From contig CAWEDU010000002.1 in NCBI GenBank assembly GCA_963807965.1, forward strand, positions 14,264 to 78,263: 64,000 bases of DNA, in the 5' to 3' direction. The position numbers were made by a program, and so were the translations under genes. Shown piece after piece: positions 61,165 to 64,000 of this stretch. Source of the stretch: an uncultured Thermoplasmatales archaeon (GTDB lineage Archaea; Thermoplasmatota; Penumbrarchaeia; Penumbrarchaeales; Penumbrarchaeaceae). Below the pieces are notes generated by a model that worked only from the letters and a program-made list of their open reading frames with translations, was not told the DNA's origin and did no database searches. Each line of letters starts with the position of its first letter. The stretch's first letter is position 1.

Positions 61165-63039
61165 ATGGCAGTTCCCTACGCAGAGAAGATGGCAGAGAGC
61201 CAGAAGGAGATATCCATATCGGATTTCTTCGCCAAGAACAGACAGATCCTTGGATTCGACAATCCATCAAAGGCACTTCTTGTATCGGTGAAGGAGGCAG
61301 TTGACAATTCATTGGATGCATGCGAGGAAGCGGGTATCCTTCCAATTGTACATGTTACTTTAGAAAAGGTAAATGAAAAGGACCGCTACATAATGACAGT
61401 AAGGGACAACGGACCTGGAATTGTCAAGAAACAGATCCCCAATGTCTTTGGGAGGCTTCTATATGGTTCCAGATTCCATGCCATACGGCAGTCCAGGGGA
61501 CAACAAGGTATCGGTATATCTTCCGTGGTCCTCTATTCACAGTTAACTACCGGAAAAGCGGCTATCATAACTTCCAAGATAGGAGAGGACCACCCATGCC
61601 ACCGTATGGAGGTCCACATCAACACGAAGACCAACAGACCTCAGATAGAGAAAAGTGAGGTCGTCCTTTGGGACCATCCACATGGTACAGAGATCACGGT
61701 GGAGATGGAGGGAAAGTACCACAAGAACAAGAAACAATCCGTTATTGAATATCTCAGGGCAACTGCGATCGTCAATCCCCATGTAGAGATCACATTTATT
61801 GAACCCGATGGCGAGGTCAACACATTCCAGAGGGTTGTGGAGATACTTCCGGAACCACCGAAAGAGTCAAAACCTCATCCCCACGGGATCGAGTTAGGCG
61901 TTCTGAAAAATATGTTGAAATACACTGAGGCCAGAAAGTTGACCTCCTTCCTGACCAATGAGTTCACAAGAGTTTCACCCAGAGGAGCCAGGGAGGTCCT
62001 GGAAAGTGTTGGTCTGGATGAGAAGAGGGTTCCGAAGTATCTTGCCCTTGATGATATCCAGAACCTCTACGATAAGATCCAAGAGATCAACTTCATGTCC
62101 CCTCCAACTGACTGCCTTTCACCCATTGGGGACATGCTTATCCGGAAAGGATTGAGGAAGGAGATAGATTCCAAGTTCGCATATACTGTCACAAGGGAGC
62201 CAAAGGTGTTCAGGGGGACACCTTTTCAGGTAGAGGCGGGGATCGTCTATGGCGGGGACCTTCCTCCCGGTGATACAGTGAAAATTCTGAGATTCGCTAA
62301 CAGGGTACCCCTTCTCTACCAGCAGGGAGGCTGTGTGATCACCCATGCTATAGAGAGGATCAACTGGAGGCCATACGGTCTGGAACAGAGAGGTGGGAAA
62401 GGCATTCCGGTCGGACCGGCAGCTATCCTGGTCCATGTGGCTTCCACCAATGCTCCGTTCACATCGGAATCAAAGGAAGCTATCGCAGATGTGGATGAGA
62501 TAATGGATGAGATCGGAAGGGCCCTCATGGACTGTGGCAGAAGGGTCCGGGCACACATAAACAAGAAAAAGAAGCTCAAGAAGGTCTCGGAAAAATATGA
62601 TATCATCAGGGATATTCTCCCTGAGATCTCAAAGAAAAGTTCATCCATCCTTGGTCTTCCTGAACCCCCCCTGGACCCGATCATCACCAAGATAATGAAC
62701 GTCCATGTCATAGACAGTGGTGTTGTCTATCACGAGAGAGGAGAGGGAGAGATCAAGGAAAAGGTAACTGAGGTCACTATAAAATATCAAAACTATACAC
62801 AAAAGGAGAGGAGCATGAAGCTCCATGTGAAGGTTCCCAGAGCCCTGATCCAAGGTATTTATCCTGAGACATACTCAATGAAAAAGGACATTATTGAATG
62901 GGACATCGGGCCCATTGCGCCTGCTCGTTCCCAGAGACTTGGATTCTCCCTTCTGGGTCTGGACAAGGACGATTATGATGACGTTGAGATCTATTATTCC
63001 AAGCTTCCAGGAGAGGTTATCGGAGCAGACCCGCTCTGA
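61165..63039 (+). CDS. top6B: DNA topoisomerase VI subunit B
   Basis: GHKL/Bergerat motifs EAVDNSLDA and VRDNGPGI, the N-terminal ISISDFFAKNRQILGFD, and an intact 624 aa. Confidence 0.92.
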   Translation: MAVPYAEKMAESQKEISISDFFAKNRQILGFDNPSKALLVSVKEAVDNSLDACEEAGILPIVHVTLEKVNEKDRYIMTVRDNGPGIVKKQIPNVFGRLLYGSRFHAIRQSRGQQGIGISSVVLYSQLTTGKAAIITSKIGEDHPCHRMEVHINTKTNRPQIEKSEVVLWDHPHGTEITVEMEGKYHKNKKQSVIEYLRATAIVNPHVEITFIEPDGEVNTFQRVVEILPEPPKESKPHPHGIELGVLKNMLKYTEARKLTSFLTNEFTRVSPRGAREVLESVGLDEKRVPKYLALDDIQNLYDKIQEINFMSPPTDCLSPIGDMLIRKGLRKEIDSKFAYTVTREPKVFRGTPFQVEAGIVYGGDLPPGDTVKILRFANRVPLLYQQGGCVITHAIERINWRPYGLEQRGGKGIPVGPAAILVHVASTNAPFTSESKEAIADVDEIMDEIGRALMDCGRRVRAHINKKKKLKKVSEKYDIIRDILPEISKKSSSILGLPEPPLDPIITKIMNVHVIDSGVVYHERGEGEIKEKVTEVTIKYQNYTQKERSMKLHVKVPRALIQGIYPETYSMKKDIIEWDIGPIAPARSQRLGFSLLGLDKDDYDDVEIYYSKLPGEVIGADPL

Positions 63040-63048
63040 GGTGGCAAT

Positions 63049-64000
63049 ATGGCAGCGAAAAAGATATCAAAGGGAAACAAGGAAGCCCAGGTAAAACTGA
63101 GGAAGGTTGCCGAACACATCTACGGCCAGCTTAAGGACCAGGATGTCCCGCACCTCGAGGTGTCATCAAGGACCAAATCCAACATCGTACTCTCCAAGGA
63201 CCTGAAGGTCTGGAAATACGGGAAAGATACAGTCAAAAGATCAGCAAAGGACCTGGGAGGAGCTACCAACATCCTCCGTTCACTTTACACAGTGGACTTC
63301 ATTGATGAGATGATCAAGGCCGGAAAATCCTCCACATTGAGGGAGATGTACTACATTTCCGAAGGATGGAGTCGTGGCAAGTTCCCAACCCAGGATGAAT
63401 CAAATCGACTGGCAGAGGACCTCGAGATAATCACCCACTGTATGAGGGAGGATTTCAAGCTAAGACCTGAAGAGGATGGAGCAAGGGTGATAGGGGACCT
63501 TACAATCGAGGAGATGAACCGTAAAGGCGAGAGGAAGAACATCAACTGCAAGGACGATGTGGGGGATTCAGGATACGGGATCCCGTATAATGTCGAGCAG
63601 GAGAAACTGAGGTTCAAGAACGTCAATGCAAAGTTCATCATCGCCATAGAGACCGGCGGTATGTTCGACAGGCTTGCCGAGAACGGATTCGATGAGAGCC
63701 ACAATGCCATCCTGGTCCATCTTAAGGGCCAACCTGCCCGGTCAACCAGGAGGTTCATGAAGAGGCTTCACACGCATTCCAAACTTCCTGTGATAGTGTT
63801 CACCGATGGAGATCCATGGTCCTACAGGATCTTCGCTTCCATTGCTTACGGAGCCATCAAGACCGCGCATATATCGGAATACCTGGCGACCCCGGAGGCT
63901 GTATATCTCGGGATAACTCCCTCAGATATCGTGAATTACGAACTTCCCTCTGATTCCTTGACGGATCAGGATGTGAACGCTCTGAAATCCGAGCTCTCTG
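63049..64000 (+). CDS. top6A: DNA topoisomerase VI subunit A (Spo11 family), 3' end outside the window
   Basis: ATG 63049 lies 9 nt after the top6B stop. My translation gives the catalytic-Tyr region STLREMYYISEGW and the Toprim motif VIVFTDGDPWSYRI. The gene is absent from the ORF track because it runs off the end. Confidence 0.9.
   Translation, partial: MAAKKISKGNKEAQVKLRKVAEHIYGQLKDQDVPHLEVSSRTKSNIVLSKDLKVWKYGKDTVKRSAKDLGGATNILRSLYTVDFIDEMIKAGKSSTLREMYYISEGWSRGKFPTQDESNRLAEDLEIITHCMREDFKLRPEEDGARVIGDLTIEEMNRKGERKNINCKDDVGDSGYGIPYNVEQEKLRFKNVNAKFIIAIETGGMFDRLAENGFDESHNAILVHLKGQPARSTRRFMKRLHTHSKLPVIVFTDGDPWSYRIFASIAYGAIKTAHISEYLATPEAVYLGITPSDIVNYELPSDSLTDQDVNALKSELS

Overview
This 64 kb window is a densely coding chromosomal segment that looks archaeal (Euryarchaeota/Thermoplasmatota-like). 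The lineage call rests on topoisomerase VI A and B, long-form Hef helicase-nuclease, GGGP synthase, a Sec11-type signal peptidase and an NFACT/Rqc2 homologue. Shine-Dalgarno (GGAGG-like) motifs and TATA-like boxes are visible. I saw no rRNA, tRNA, CRISPR array, transposase or integrase.

Recognisable content:
- a ppk1-CHAD polyphosphate module
- tryptophanase/tyrosine phenol-lyase
- a YjbR-CinA-Rqc2 operon
- a PfkB kinase
- GGGPS followed by MGMT
- a relic ABC ATPase
- three paralogous giant right-handed beta-helix/Ig-like surface proteins
- a receiver plus PEP/pyruvate-binding gene and a nucleoside phosphorylase
- a cyanophycinase-cyanophycin synthetase-M20 peptidase cluster next to two different glutamate dehydrogenases
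- MscS, MsrB and a flavoprotein
- an acidic TSP3-repeat surface protein
- a radical SAM protein

Two things stand out.
1. Hand translation shows at least 21 single-base frame breaks that split otherwise conserved genes. Most fall in short homopolymers, 17 of 21 are extra-base (+1) events, and they are strongly clustered at 19.9-23.8 kb. Many ORF-track entries are therefore fragments of one gene. The likeliest cause is indel error in a draft assembly, but local gene decay cannot be excluded.
2. The best candidate for an undescribed system is the 46.4-53.4 kb cluster. It holds four proteins with a short polar N-terminus and a single hydrophobic helix (pilin-like or anchor-like), two very large orphan proteins (840 and 674 aa), and a KaiC/RecA-fold protein whose Walker A and B motifs are both degenerate.

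All calls come from motif recognition by eye; no database search was run.
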